From contig CAWHAE010000010.1 of the NCBI GenBank assembly GCA_963827235.1, positions 128,001 to 192,000 of the forward strand: DNA of 64,000 nt, read 5' to 3'. Of this stretch, positions 41,359 through 49,551 are shown in pieces (position 1 is the stretch's first letter; each line of letters opens with the position of its first letter). The notes beneath the pieces were generated by a model. That model ran no database searches. It was not told the DNA's origin and was given only the letters and a program-made list of their open reading frames with translations. The position numbers and the translations under genes are program-made. This stretch comes from an uncultured bacterium (GTDB lineage Bacteria; Chloroflexota; UBA5177; JANWHV01).

Positions 41359-44003
41359 TATTGCGGTCGGAGGCCTGGATCGGCGTCTCGCGACTTGGCG
41401 ATCGCTTCTTGCAGCGGCAACGACTGTCCTGCAGCCCAGGCCTCGTCGAAGCGACCCACGTTTAACGCGGAACGCACCAGGTCGGTGATTCGCTCGAACT
41501 CGACGCGGTTTTCAGGAGCAGGCACCGCACCGGAGCCAGCCGCGAATATGCCGGCGACAACTCCGAGCAGCCACGCCGCGCGAACCGGCTGGCCTTGCGC
41601 ATACCACACTTCCGCCAACCCGTGCAGACACTCTGCCGTGTCATGCAACTCGACCCGATCCCCTGCCTGCAGCGCTAAACTGGCGCGATAGAGCGCGCCG
41701 GCCTCGGCATAGCGCCCTTGCCGGCGGGCCACATGCGCCAGATTGGTATAGGCGCCTGCGACTCCCGGTTTGTCGCCCACCTCCTGCCTGAGAACAAGGC
41801 TGTCTTCGTAGGCCTGCCGGGCCTCGTCATACCGGCCACGCGTCAACGCCACCGTCCCGAGGCCTACCAGGGCATAGGAAATGACGCTCTTCGCGCCCAC
41901 CCGGCGAGCCAGCGCGAGGCTCTCGGAGCACATCCTCTCGGCTACATCCACGTTGCCCTGCATCCATGCGTTCATACCCAGGCTGTTCAGCGTATTGGCC
42001 ACCACCGCGCTGCTGCCTTCTGCTCTGCTGATCTCAAGGCTTTTCTCGAAGAGGCCGCCGGCCCGCGGATAGTCGCCCATGCTGTCATATATTTGTGCCA
42101 GATTGTGCAGCGCGGCGGCCGTTCCATGGCGGTCATGGAGCTCACGCCGGATGACCAGGATGTCCTCCTGCATGTCGCGAGCTTGCTGCAGGTTACCCTC
42201 CTCGCGTGCAATCACCGCCAGTACCGTCAGCGCATTGGCGCGGCCCCGGAGGTCACTCAGCTCGTGGTAGATCGCGCGACTTTCGTCCGCCAGCTGCACG
42301 GCGCGAGGGAAGCTGCCCAGCCGATAGGCAAGTCCCGCTGCGCCGACCAGCGCCTTGGCTCGCCAGCGCCGATTATCGTCGGACGCATCCCCACTCTCCC
42401 GTGCCGAGAGGCGCTCGCACCAGGCCAGCCCTTCACCGACAGAGCCGCGCGTGTACCAGAAGCGCCAGAGCGCTCCTGCGAGTCGCAGGCCCATGGTGGT
42501 GCGGCCCTGAGCGCCGGCCCAAGCAAGCGCGGCGCGAAGGTTTCCGTGCTCCGTCTCCAGCCGCGTGAACCAAGTCTCTTGCGCGCCGCCTGTCAGTTCT
42601 GGCTCGGCCGTCTCGGCAAGCTCCACGGACCAGCGCAGTTGCCGGTCGCGCCACGCGATCTCCTCGCCTGCGGCACGAAGCTGGTCGCCGGCATACTGGT
42701 GCACGGTTTCCAGGAAGGTATAGCGGCGCTCCTCGGGGTGCTCGACGACCTGGACCAGGGACTTTGCCACCAGCGCGCCCAGTACGTCCAGCACCGAGCG
42801 TGCTGGGAGGTCCGCGTCCTGGCACACCGCCTCCGCTGCCGCCAGCGACCAACCGTTCGCGAAGACGGCCAGGCGGCACAGGAGCACCTGCTCCGGGACG
42901 CTGAGCAGGGCCCAGCTCCAATCCAGCGAGGCCTGCAAGGTCTGCTGGCGCGACAGCGCGTTGCGCGGTCCTTCGGTAAGCAGCGCGAAGCGCGCGTCGA
43001 GCCGGGCGGCTATGTCCGCGACGCTCAGCACGCCTACTCGTGCCGCCGCCAGCTCGATAGCCAACGGGATCCCGTCCAGCCGCGCACAGATCGCAACCAC
43101 GCTCCCCATGTTGCGCGTGTTGAGGTCGAATTCCACGAGCCGGTCACGGGCGCGCTGACAGAAGAGCTCGACCGCTCCATAGGCAGAGAGCGTCTGCGGG
43201 TCGGCAGTTGCGATCGGGCCCGGCAGCGGCAGGGCGGATACGCGAAGGATCCGTTCGCCCGGTACGCGCAGCATCTCGCGGCTGGTCGCGAGGACATGCA
43301 CCTCCGGGCAGCCGCGCAGCAGTGTCTCGACCAGCTCGGCACAGGGCACCACAAGGTGCTCGCAGTTATCGAGTACCAGGAGCAGCCGGCGCTCTTTGAG
43401 ACGCTCGGTCAACGTTGCGAGCAGTGCCTGGTGTGCCTGCTCCCCCGCACCGAGGACCCGCGCCACCGCGGCCGGCACCAGCGCGGCCTCGGTGACCGCG
43501 GCCAGGTCCACCAGCCAGACTCCGGCGGCAAAGCGGTCAACCAGGTCCGCTGCCACCGCCAGCGCCAGCCGGGTCTTGCCGATGCCGCCGGTACCGGTGA
43601 GGGTGACGAGCCGTGCAGACCCGAGCAGTGCCCGTGCTGCCTCCCGCTCCTGCGCGCGGCCGACGAGGCTGGTCAGCGCCACCGGGAGATTCGTCGCGCG
43701 TGCCGTTGCGTCGCCTGACACGGGGGTGGGCGGAGCTACGTAGCGGTTTTCGCGCGCGGGCGCGGACAGCCCGGCCAGAGACGCCGCCATGAAGGTGGCG
43801 CGCTCCTCGCCTGCCAGACCCAGAGCATCCGCCAGGCGCCGCACGGTGTCCGGATAGGGACGGCGAGCGCCCCGCTCCAGAAAGGCCAGGCCGCGCGTGC
43901 TCAGCGCAGCGCGTTCCGCCAGGGCCGTCTGCGCAAGTCCCGCTGCCAGCCGATGCCCGCGGAGCAGCACTCCGAAGGAGGCAGGGTGTGCTCCGTCCAT
44001 CAT
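41358..44003 (-). CDS. XRE-HTH + STAND ATPase + TPR transcriptional regulator
   Basis: FGVLLRGHR HTH, TSLVGR, LTGTGGIGKT, VLDNCEH, LDGIPLAIELAAAR, canonical TPR repeats. Confidence 0.92.
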   Translation of the reverse strand: MMDGAHPASFGVLLRGHRLAAGLAQTALAERAALSTRGLAFLERGARRPYPDTVRRLADALGLAGEERATFMAASLAGLSAPARENRYVAPPTPVSGDATARATNLPVALTSLVGRAQEREAARALLGSARLVTLTGTGGIGKTRLALAVAADLVDRFAAGVWLVDLAAVTEAALVPAAVARVLGAGEQAHQALLATLTERLKERRLLLVLDNCEHLVVPCAELVETLLRGCPEVHVLATSREMLRVPGERILRVSALPLPGPIATADPQTLSAYGAVELFCQRARDRLVEFDLNTRNMGSVVAICARLDGIPLAIELAAARVGVLSVADIAARLDARFALLTEGPRNALSRQQTLQASLDWSWALLSVPEQVLLCRLAVFANGWSLAAAEAVCQDADLPARSVLDVLGALVAKSLVQVVEHPEERRYTFLETVHQYAGDQLRAAGEEIAWRDRQLRWSVELAETAEPELTGGAQETWFTRLETEHGNLRAALAWAGAQGRTTMGLRLAGALWRFWYTRGSVGEGLAWCERLSARESGDASDDNRRWRAKALVGAAGLAYRLGSFPRAVQLADESRAIYHELSDLRGRANALTVLAVIAREEGNLQQARDMQEDILVIRRELHDRHGTAAALHNLAQIYDSMGDYPRAGGLFEKSLEISRAEGSSAVVANTLNSLGMNAWMQGNVDVAERMCSESLALARRVGAKSVISYALVGLGTVALTRGRYDEARQAYEDSLVLRQEVGDKPGVAGAYTNLAHVARRQGRYAEAGALYRASLALQAGDRVELHDTAECLHGLAEVWYAQGQPVRAAWLLGVVAGIFAAGSGAVPAPENRVEFERITDLVRSALNVGRFDEAWAAGQSLPLQEAIAKSRDADPGLRPQ

Positions 44004-44104
44004 GCAGGCCATCCCCACCCAGTGATGCCGCCACCCAACGGATATGGAACGGATATGAGCTCTCAGTGTCATGATACCGAGGCGAATTTAGTGATGGCGT
44101 CTGA

Positions 44105-44162
44105 CTGTTCGTCCAGTGTTCCGGTTCTGTTCATCGCGGCCCGTGGGCGCCTGCCGCATACT
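44105..44162 (+). promoter_or_regulatory. Promoter C: three phased TGTTC boxes + N6-N17-CATACT
   Basis: CTGTTC 44105, GTGTTC 44116, CTGTTC 44127, CATACT 44157; RBS AGGAG and ATG 44181 follow. Confidence 0.6.
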
Positions 44163-44180
44163 AGGCGAGAGAGGAGAGCG

Positions 44181-44802
44181 ATGCATTCGTAGCGCTCCTC
44201 ACCGCCAGCCGCATGTCGTGGCCGGTTCTCGATTTACTGGCAGGCGCATGATGGAAATCGAGCGACGTGATACCCCGACTGAGCCCCTGTATGCGCTACT
44301 TGCCGTCGTCACGGCAGAATACGCACTCAGCGAGGCGTTGTCGCTCTTCATCGGTGACCCGGACGACCGTCCGGCCAGCGAAGCGTGCTATGGTGCCGCC
44401 ATGATTCAGACCGTCGACTGGTGCATGGAGATGCTCCAGGCGTGCGGGTGCTCTCCGGATGCGGGAGACAAGCTCGCACAAGCAGTCTCCGCCGAAGTTC
44501 TCTGGCGTGCACAGGTCATCATGGATACGTCGTCGCCACGCGGCGCCGAAGCGTTCTTCCTGAGTGCGCTCGCGCTCATCGCCGACGATTTCGGCACGCT
44601 CTGGCAGGCTGGGAGCCCTCACCGTGCCGGCACACCGTTGCCCAGGCTACGCCGCACCCTGGTCGACTGCCTCGCACGGGACTACGAGGTGCACGTGGAT
44701 GCACCGGATCCGCGCTGTGCTGCCATCGTCGCCGCGGCACAGGATCTGGCCGGCAATTGGCGCTCGTGGGCTCGTATGTCGTCGCGTCCTCCTCCACGAT
44801 GA
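44181..44802 (+). CDS. Hypothetical helical protein (start either ATG 44181 with a 1-bp indel, or ATG 44248)
   Basis: Open frame to 44802 with protein-like composition; strong RBS before 44181. Confidence 0.5.
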
Positions 44803-45143
44803 GACTGTTTCCGGCCCATCGGTAGCCAGCGCTGGCCTCCCAGCCGGATCGGGTTGCTGCGTGTGCAGTGTGCTCAGGTTGTCGTGGCGCGAAGAGCACC
44901 GTCTCTGCCGGTCCGCCGGCTGTGAGCCACACCGAGTTGGTAGAGCTGAGCGCGAACGCAACGGCTCGCGACGGGTATCTGCCGGCCGCGTATTCGGTTC
45001 TTGTCAGGTCGCAACGCCAGGCTAGGGTCAATGGCAGGTGGGCGGTGACGTGGATGGTCGCCGCCTGTAGAGCAGGTACCGGTATGGCGAGACGGGGGAA
45101 GCCGGCGTGTCGCCAGAGCCGAGTTGGATGACCAGCGCCCCGA

Positions 45144-47204
45144 TTGCCACTATGCGAGGAGATGGAGGAGATGAACAACCGCGCTCTCAATGGTCCGGCC
45201 GAGCAATTGTCTGCCGGGCAACTCACACGGCGTGCCTTCATCAGGCGCGGCCTCATCCTGGGCGCATCCTTGCCCAGCCTGGCCGCGGTCGCGGCTGACC
45301 TGGCGACGACGGTGCGGGCCGCAGTGCCGGAAGCCGCGGTCGGATTCCAGGCATACCACGGTGTGAGCGGTGCCGTTCATCAGGCCAACTTTGACCGCCT
45401 GGGCGCGCAGGGCTACCGGATGATCTCCCTGAGCGTCTACGGCGATCCCTCTAGCCCGCAGTATGCCGCGGTATGGGTGCAACGGACGGGTCCGGCCTGG
45501 GTCGCCACCCACAACGTGAGCAGCGCGGACTATCAAGCCTTCTTCGACAAATGGACCGCTCAGGGCTTTGCACCGGTGATCGTCTCCGCGACTGGCCCCG
45601 TCGAAAGTGCCGTTTTCGCCGCGGTCTTTGAACAGGGGGTCCCGGCCGGTTGGCTGGCACGACACAATCTGCCGTCCGGGTCGAACACGACACCCGACAC
45701 GTTTCAGCAGCAGATCGCCCTGGCCGCCGCTTCCAATCTGGCCATCCGGTCGTTAGCGATCTACGGTACGCCCAGCGACCGGCGCTACGCCGCCGTGTGG
45801 TACCCCAATCCCACCTATGTGAAATGGCACGTCTACGCAGCCGAATCGGCAGCGGATTATCAGGCTACGTTCAATATCGAGACGCAATTGCCGGGCTATC
45901 ACCTGGCCGGCTACCGAGCAGCATATGTGGCGGTCAGCAGCGATGGGCTCTATGCCTCCGTCTTCAAGGACGATGTCGTCGGCAACTGGGTGGGGCTCCA
46001 CAACATGACGGCTGCCGAGTATCAGGCAGCATTCACCCAACAAACCGCGAACGGGTTCTATCCCATCTGCGTCCAGGGGGGCGGGGTTGGTGACCAAACG
46101 CGGTACGCGGCGATCTTTGCGCAGCGCGACATCCCGCTTCCCCGCCTGTGGCACGTCTCGGGCGCCCGAGTTCCCGCGTTGGCCGGGTTCGACCGGATCA
46201 TGCAGACCTTCATGCAGGCCAATGGTGTCCGCGCCGCGCAGTTGACCATTGGGAAGGACGGCGACATCAAATTCTCGCGCGCCTACACCTGGGCGGAGTC
46301 GGGCTATCGCCGCACGCAGACCTCCGACGTGTTCTTGCTGGCAAGCCTGAGCAAGATGTTCACGGAAGCGGCCATTCAATCGCTCTATGATACCGGCAAG
46401 CTGACCACAACAACTGCCGCGTATCCGCTGCTCGGCATGTCGGGTCCTGCCGATCCGCGCAGCGATACGATCACCATCCAGCAACTGTTGGATCATATGG
46501 GCGGGTATGACGATACCACCAAAGGTTCAGGATTCGATCCGACCTACTCAATGCGGCAGGTCGCCCTGAGTCTCGGACTGAGCCGCCCCGTGAACAAGCT
46601 CGACATCGTCGGCTACATGTACGCGCAGAAGCTCGATTTCGCACCGGGCACCGCTACACAATACTCGAACTACGGCTATGTCCTGCTGAGCGCCGTGGTG
46701 GAACAGGTCACCGGTATGGATTTCTTTACCTATGTCCAGCAGACACTGCTGCAGCCAGCAGGCATAACGGACGTCATTCTTTCGTCAACGCGTGCCAATC
46801 AGCGGCCCGCCAATCAGGCTATCGCCGAGGACGGAGGGTATGGCCTGAGTGCGCTCGACGTCACCTCATCGGTGCCGGTGCCGAATGTGTATGGTGGCGA
46901 CGGGCAGATCAAAGAGGTAGTTGCCGGCGACGCAGGGATCGCTGCCTCGGCAACGGCGATCACGCGGTTCATCCATATCCATCGCGTCTGGGGAAATGGT
47001 CCGCGGTACGCCGCCGACGGGAAAACGTATTGGAGCCGCGACGGGAGCACACCCGGGGTTTCCACCATGGCGGCATCACGCGGCGATGGCGTTGACTGGA
47101 CCTTTACCCTCAACACGCGCGACTGGCCAAATAAGGTGTCGCCTGCACTCGACGATCTGGGGACGTCGATCGATAACCTGCTATACACCGTCGCGTGGTC
47201 CTGA
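45144..47204 (+). CDS. Tat-exported serine hydrolase: polyglycine-hydrolase-like tandem repeats + beta-lactamase fold
   Basis: TRRAFIRRG Tat motif; about five ~50-aa repeats (YAAVW/YQA.F/GY); SLSK (SxxK), YSN (YxN). Confidence 0.8.
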   Translation: MPLCEEMEEMNNRALNGPAEQLSAGQLTRRAFIRRGLILGASLPSLAAVAADLATTVRAAVPEAAVGFQAYHGVSGAVHQANFDRLGAQGYRMISLSVYGDPSSPQYAAVWVQRTGPAWVATHNVSSADYQAFFDKWTAQGFAPVIVSATGPVESAVFAAVFEQGVPAGWLARHNLPSGSNTTPDTFQQQIALAAASNLAIRSLAIYGTPSDRRYAAVWYPNPTYVKWHVYAAESAADYQATFNIETQLPGYHLAGYRAAYVAVSSDGLYASVFKDDVVGNWVGLHNMTAAEYQAAFTQQTANGFYPICVQGGGVGDQTRYAAIFAQRDIPLPRLWHVSGARVPALAGFDRIMQTFMQANGVRAAQLTIGKDGDIKFSRAYTWAESGYRRTQTSDVFLLASLSKMFTEAAIQSLYDTGKLTTTTAAYPLLGMSGPADPRSDTITIQQLLDHMGGYDDTTKGSGFDPTYSMRQVALSLGLSRPVNKLDIVGYMYAQKLDFAPGTATQYSNYGYVLLSAVVEQVTGMDFFTYVQQTLLQPAGITDVILSSTRANQRPANQAIAEDGGYGLSALDVTSSVPVPNVYGGDGQIKEVVAGDAGIAASATAITRFIHIHRVWGNGPRYAADGKTYWSRDGSTPGVSTMAASRGDGVDWTFTLNTRDWPNKVSPALDDLGTSIDNLLYTVAWS

Positions 47205-47427
47205 TCGGACGCCACACTGTGGCGGGTAAGGAATTGCCCTGTACGCAGCGCCGGGAGCAGACCTGGTGCATCGGCACAGTGTGCGATCGTGCCCGCCTTC
47301 TCCCTGACCTCGTCCCTTAGAAACGATGCGCCCGTCACGCCTGCCGTGCGTGCCGTGGCCAGGCATCACTGCGAACGTGGAACCGTCTTGGCACGACGCG
47401 AGAGGCCGACACAGAAGGAGGAACGAC

Positions 47428-49212
47428 ATGCGCACGCATCTTTTCTGGTCCTGCAAGGAAACGAGACCAATGCACTCGGCAAGTTTGCTGCCGTCGATCC
47501 GGCGATTCGTCATCGTGCTGGGCCTCCTGGCTGCGGCGAGCGTTACCGGCGCCCGGCCCATGCCGGTGGGGGCCGCAGCTGCCAGCCGCGATTACAGCCA
47601 AGCCTTGCACGTTTCGAGCGTCGACCAAGCGTCGACTGCGGCGAGCTTCGTGCTCAAGGTCACGCCCGAATCCGGCATTGGCCAGAGCGACATGGTGCTC
47701 ATAACGGGCAATGCACCGGTTGATGCTGCGAACCGGCCGATCAAGATACTCGTGACCCTGCCCAACGGAGTCAATACTGGGGAGGGATCCGCACCGGTGC
47801 GTCAGACTGACGGGTACTTTGCAGTCTGCTTCAATCTCACCGGACAGGCCGGCACGTATCACGTACGCGTCGAGTCACCGGCGGGCAGCGCGGTCGGTAC
47901 GACGACGTTTACCGTGGATCCCGGCTTCGGGCCGCCAGATCCCGATCCGGAACTGGGTACGCTGGGTGTGGACGTCGAGCACCATATCGAGGGTCTGCTG
48001 CAGGCACTGCCGGACTCCCCCGCCGCCGAGGACCTGCAGGCCAAGCTCGACGATTTGCGGCCACAGATGGCCACGGCGCTCAAGCAGATCCAGAAGTATT
48101 CCGACTCGCTGACGGACGTGCTCGGCACGGTCAAGGACTTCCCCCGCGATCGGGCGCAGTTTGAGGGACTGCTGAAGCAACTCGCGGATTGGAATGACAA
48201 GGCCAAGGCCATGGAGTCGACGCTGCGAGATGAGATGCGCGCAGACGACTCCGACACGGTGCGCTGTGACGACGTAGCCCACCTTGAACGAGAGCTCACC
48301 TCGCTGGTCGACCTGATCAAGGAGCTCCAGGGCCCGATGCATGCCCTGGCCGACTTCGAAGACAAGTACAAGGCAGGGACCGGCCTCGGGCTCGAGGACA
48401 ACGTCCAATGTCTGAACTGGCAGGAGGAAGTCGCCCACCTGCCCTTCGATCCCAAGCTGCGCGACGCACTCGACAAGATCGATCCCGCCGATGCGCCGGT
48501 TGCCTTCTTCGATGCGCTGTTGAAGACGGCAAATGACGCGGTAGCTGCCGGCTCGCAGGATCTCTTTTCCTTCTACTGCGAACAGTTCGCCGGGCCTTTT
48601 ACCGCCAGCCTGGCGGCGACCATCTCAAGTAACAAGGGCACGCCCTGGTGGAAGTACACCATCGGCCTCGAGGGTACGCTCACGCTCCGCTACACCAAGG
48701 GCGCGACGGGGAAAGGTCCTATCAAGCTGACCGGCGAGTTCGAGGGTGACGCCACCAATTACAGCGTGAGCGAGAACGCTCTGCGCGTGCTTTACCCGAA
48801 GCTGGTGGCCGGTGCCTTGCTCTTTCACAAGGCAATCCTGCCGACCGCGCCGATCCACTTCAGTCTGCCGGTTGAGGGAACCATCACCGGGCAGACGCTG
48901 ACCATCAGCCCGCCCGGCGAGGGTACCGACGCCACAACCAGCGCTGTCGCGCATGTCACCTACGTGGTGGTGACGCCGCTCACGCTGGTGCCGCAGGTCG
49001 TCAAGTTCGACCTGCCGTACGTGTCGGCGCGCACCGTGATCGGTCGTGCCATGTCCGACAAGCCCGCACAGTTTCCGATCACAGTATCTCGCCAGGCAAA
49101 GGTCTCGACGATTGCCAAGGTGTTGAGCTTCGCGCGCAACCATCCCGGCGCGGTGGCCTATGGGCAGTACAAGCTGACGGTGCGCGCATGCAACCCCGCC
49201 TGTTCCCAGTAG
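47428..49212 (+). CDS. Secreted protein of unknown function
   Basis: RBS AAGGAGG, signal peptide RRFVIVLGLLAAA, Ig-like N-part, helical middle, beta-rich C-part. Confidence 0.7.
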   Translation: MRTHLFWSCKETRPMHSASLLPSIRRFVIVLGLLAAASVTGARPMPVGAAAASRDYSQALHVSSVDQASTAASFVLKVTPESGIGQSDMVLITGNAPVDAANRPIKILVTLPNGVNTGEGSAPVRQTDGYFAVCFNLTGQAGTYHVRVESPAGSAVGTTTFTVDPGFGPPDPDPELGTLGVDVEHHIEGLLQALPDSPAAEDLQAKLDDLRPQMATALKQIQKYSDSLTDVLGTVKDFPRDRAQFEGLLKQLADWNDKAKAMESTLRDEMRADDSDTVRCDDVAHLERELTSLVDLIKELQGPMHALADFEDKYKAGTGLGLEDNVQCLNWQEEVAHLPFDPKLRDALDKIDPADAPVAFFDALLKTANDAVAAGSQDLFSFYCEQFAGPFTASLAATISSNKGTPWWKYTIGLEGTLTLRYTKGATGKGPIKLTGEFEGDATNYSVSENALRVLYPKLVAGALLFHKAILPTAPIHFSLPVEGTITGQTLTISPPGEGTDATTSAVAHVTYVVVTPLTLVPQVVKFDLPYVSARTVIGRAMSDKPAQFPITVSRQAKVSTIAKVLSFARNHPGAVAYGQYKLTVRACNPACSQ

Positions 49213-49551
49213 CGCGATCGCACCCGCAGTCACCGGCGTGCTGCCGCGAGCGGTAGCTGCGCCGTCAGGCTGAACGGAGAACGGCAAGTGATGCAGCGGA
49301 GTCAACCGGCGCGGAGGTCTTGGGCTGGACACGCCCAACGCCACATGCCGGCACATGTTCGCAGCTGCAAGGTCATGCGGCTCCATGCATGGATACTCGT
49401 CGAGACGCCGTGAACCGTGAGGCACTGGAAGCTGTCTATCTAGGGGCGGACGTGACGTCGCACGTGATACCGAGGCCGTTATCGCAAACGCTGGCACCCA
49501 GCAATCACGACCTGCGACAACTTGAGGACTCAGGGCTGGCGCTGGCGCTTG

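Noticed and set aside
41718-43718. Long antisense ORFs (e.g. 2392-4485, 41718-43718, 61674-63305)
   Set aside because: Shadow frames of real genes, expected in high-GC DNA
24228-44003. STAND proteins as Avs/NLR-like phage defence
   Set aside because: N-terminal domains are XRE HTHs rather than nucleases, TIR or Sir2, consistent with transcription regulators
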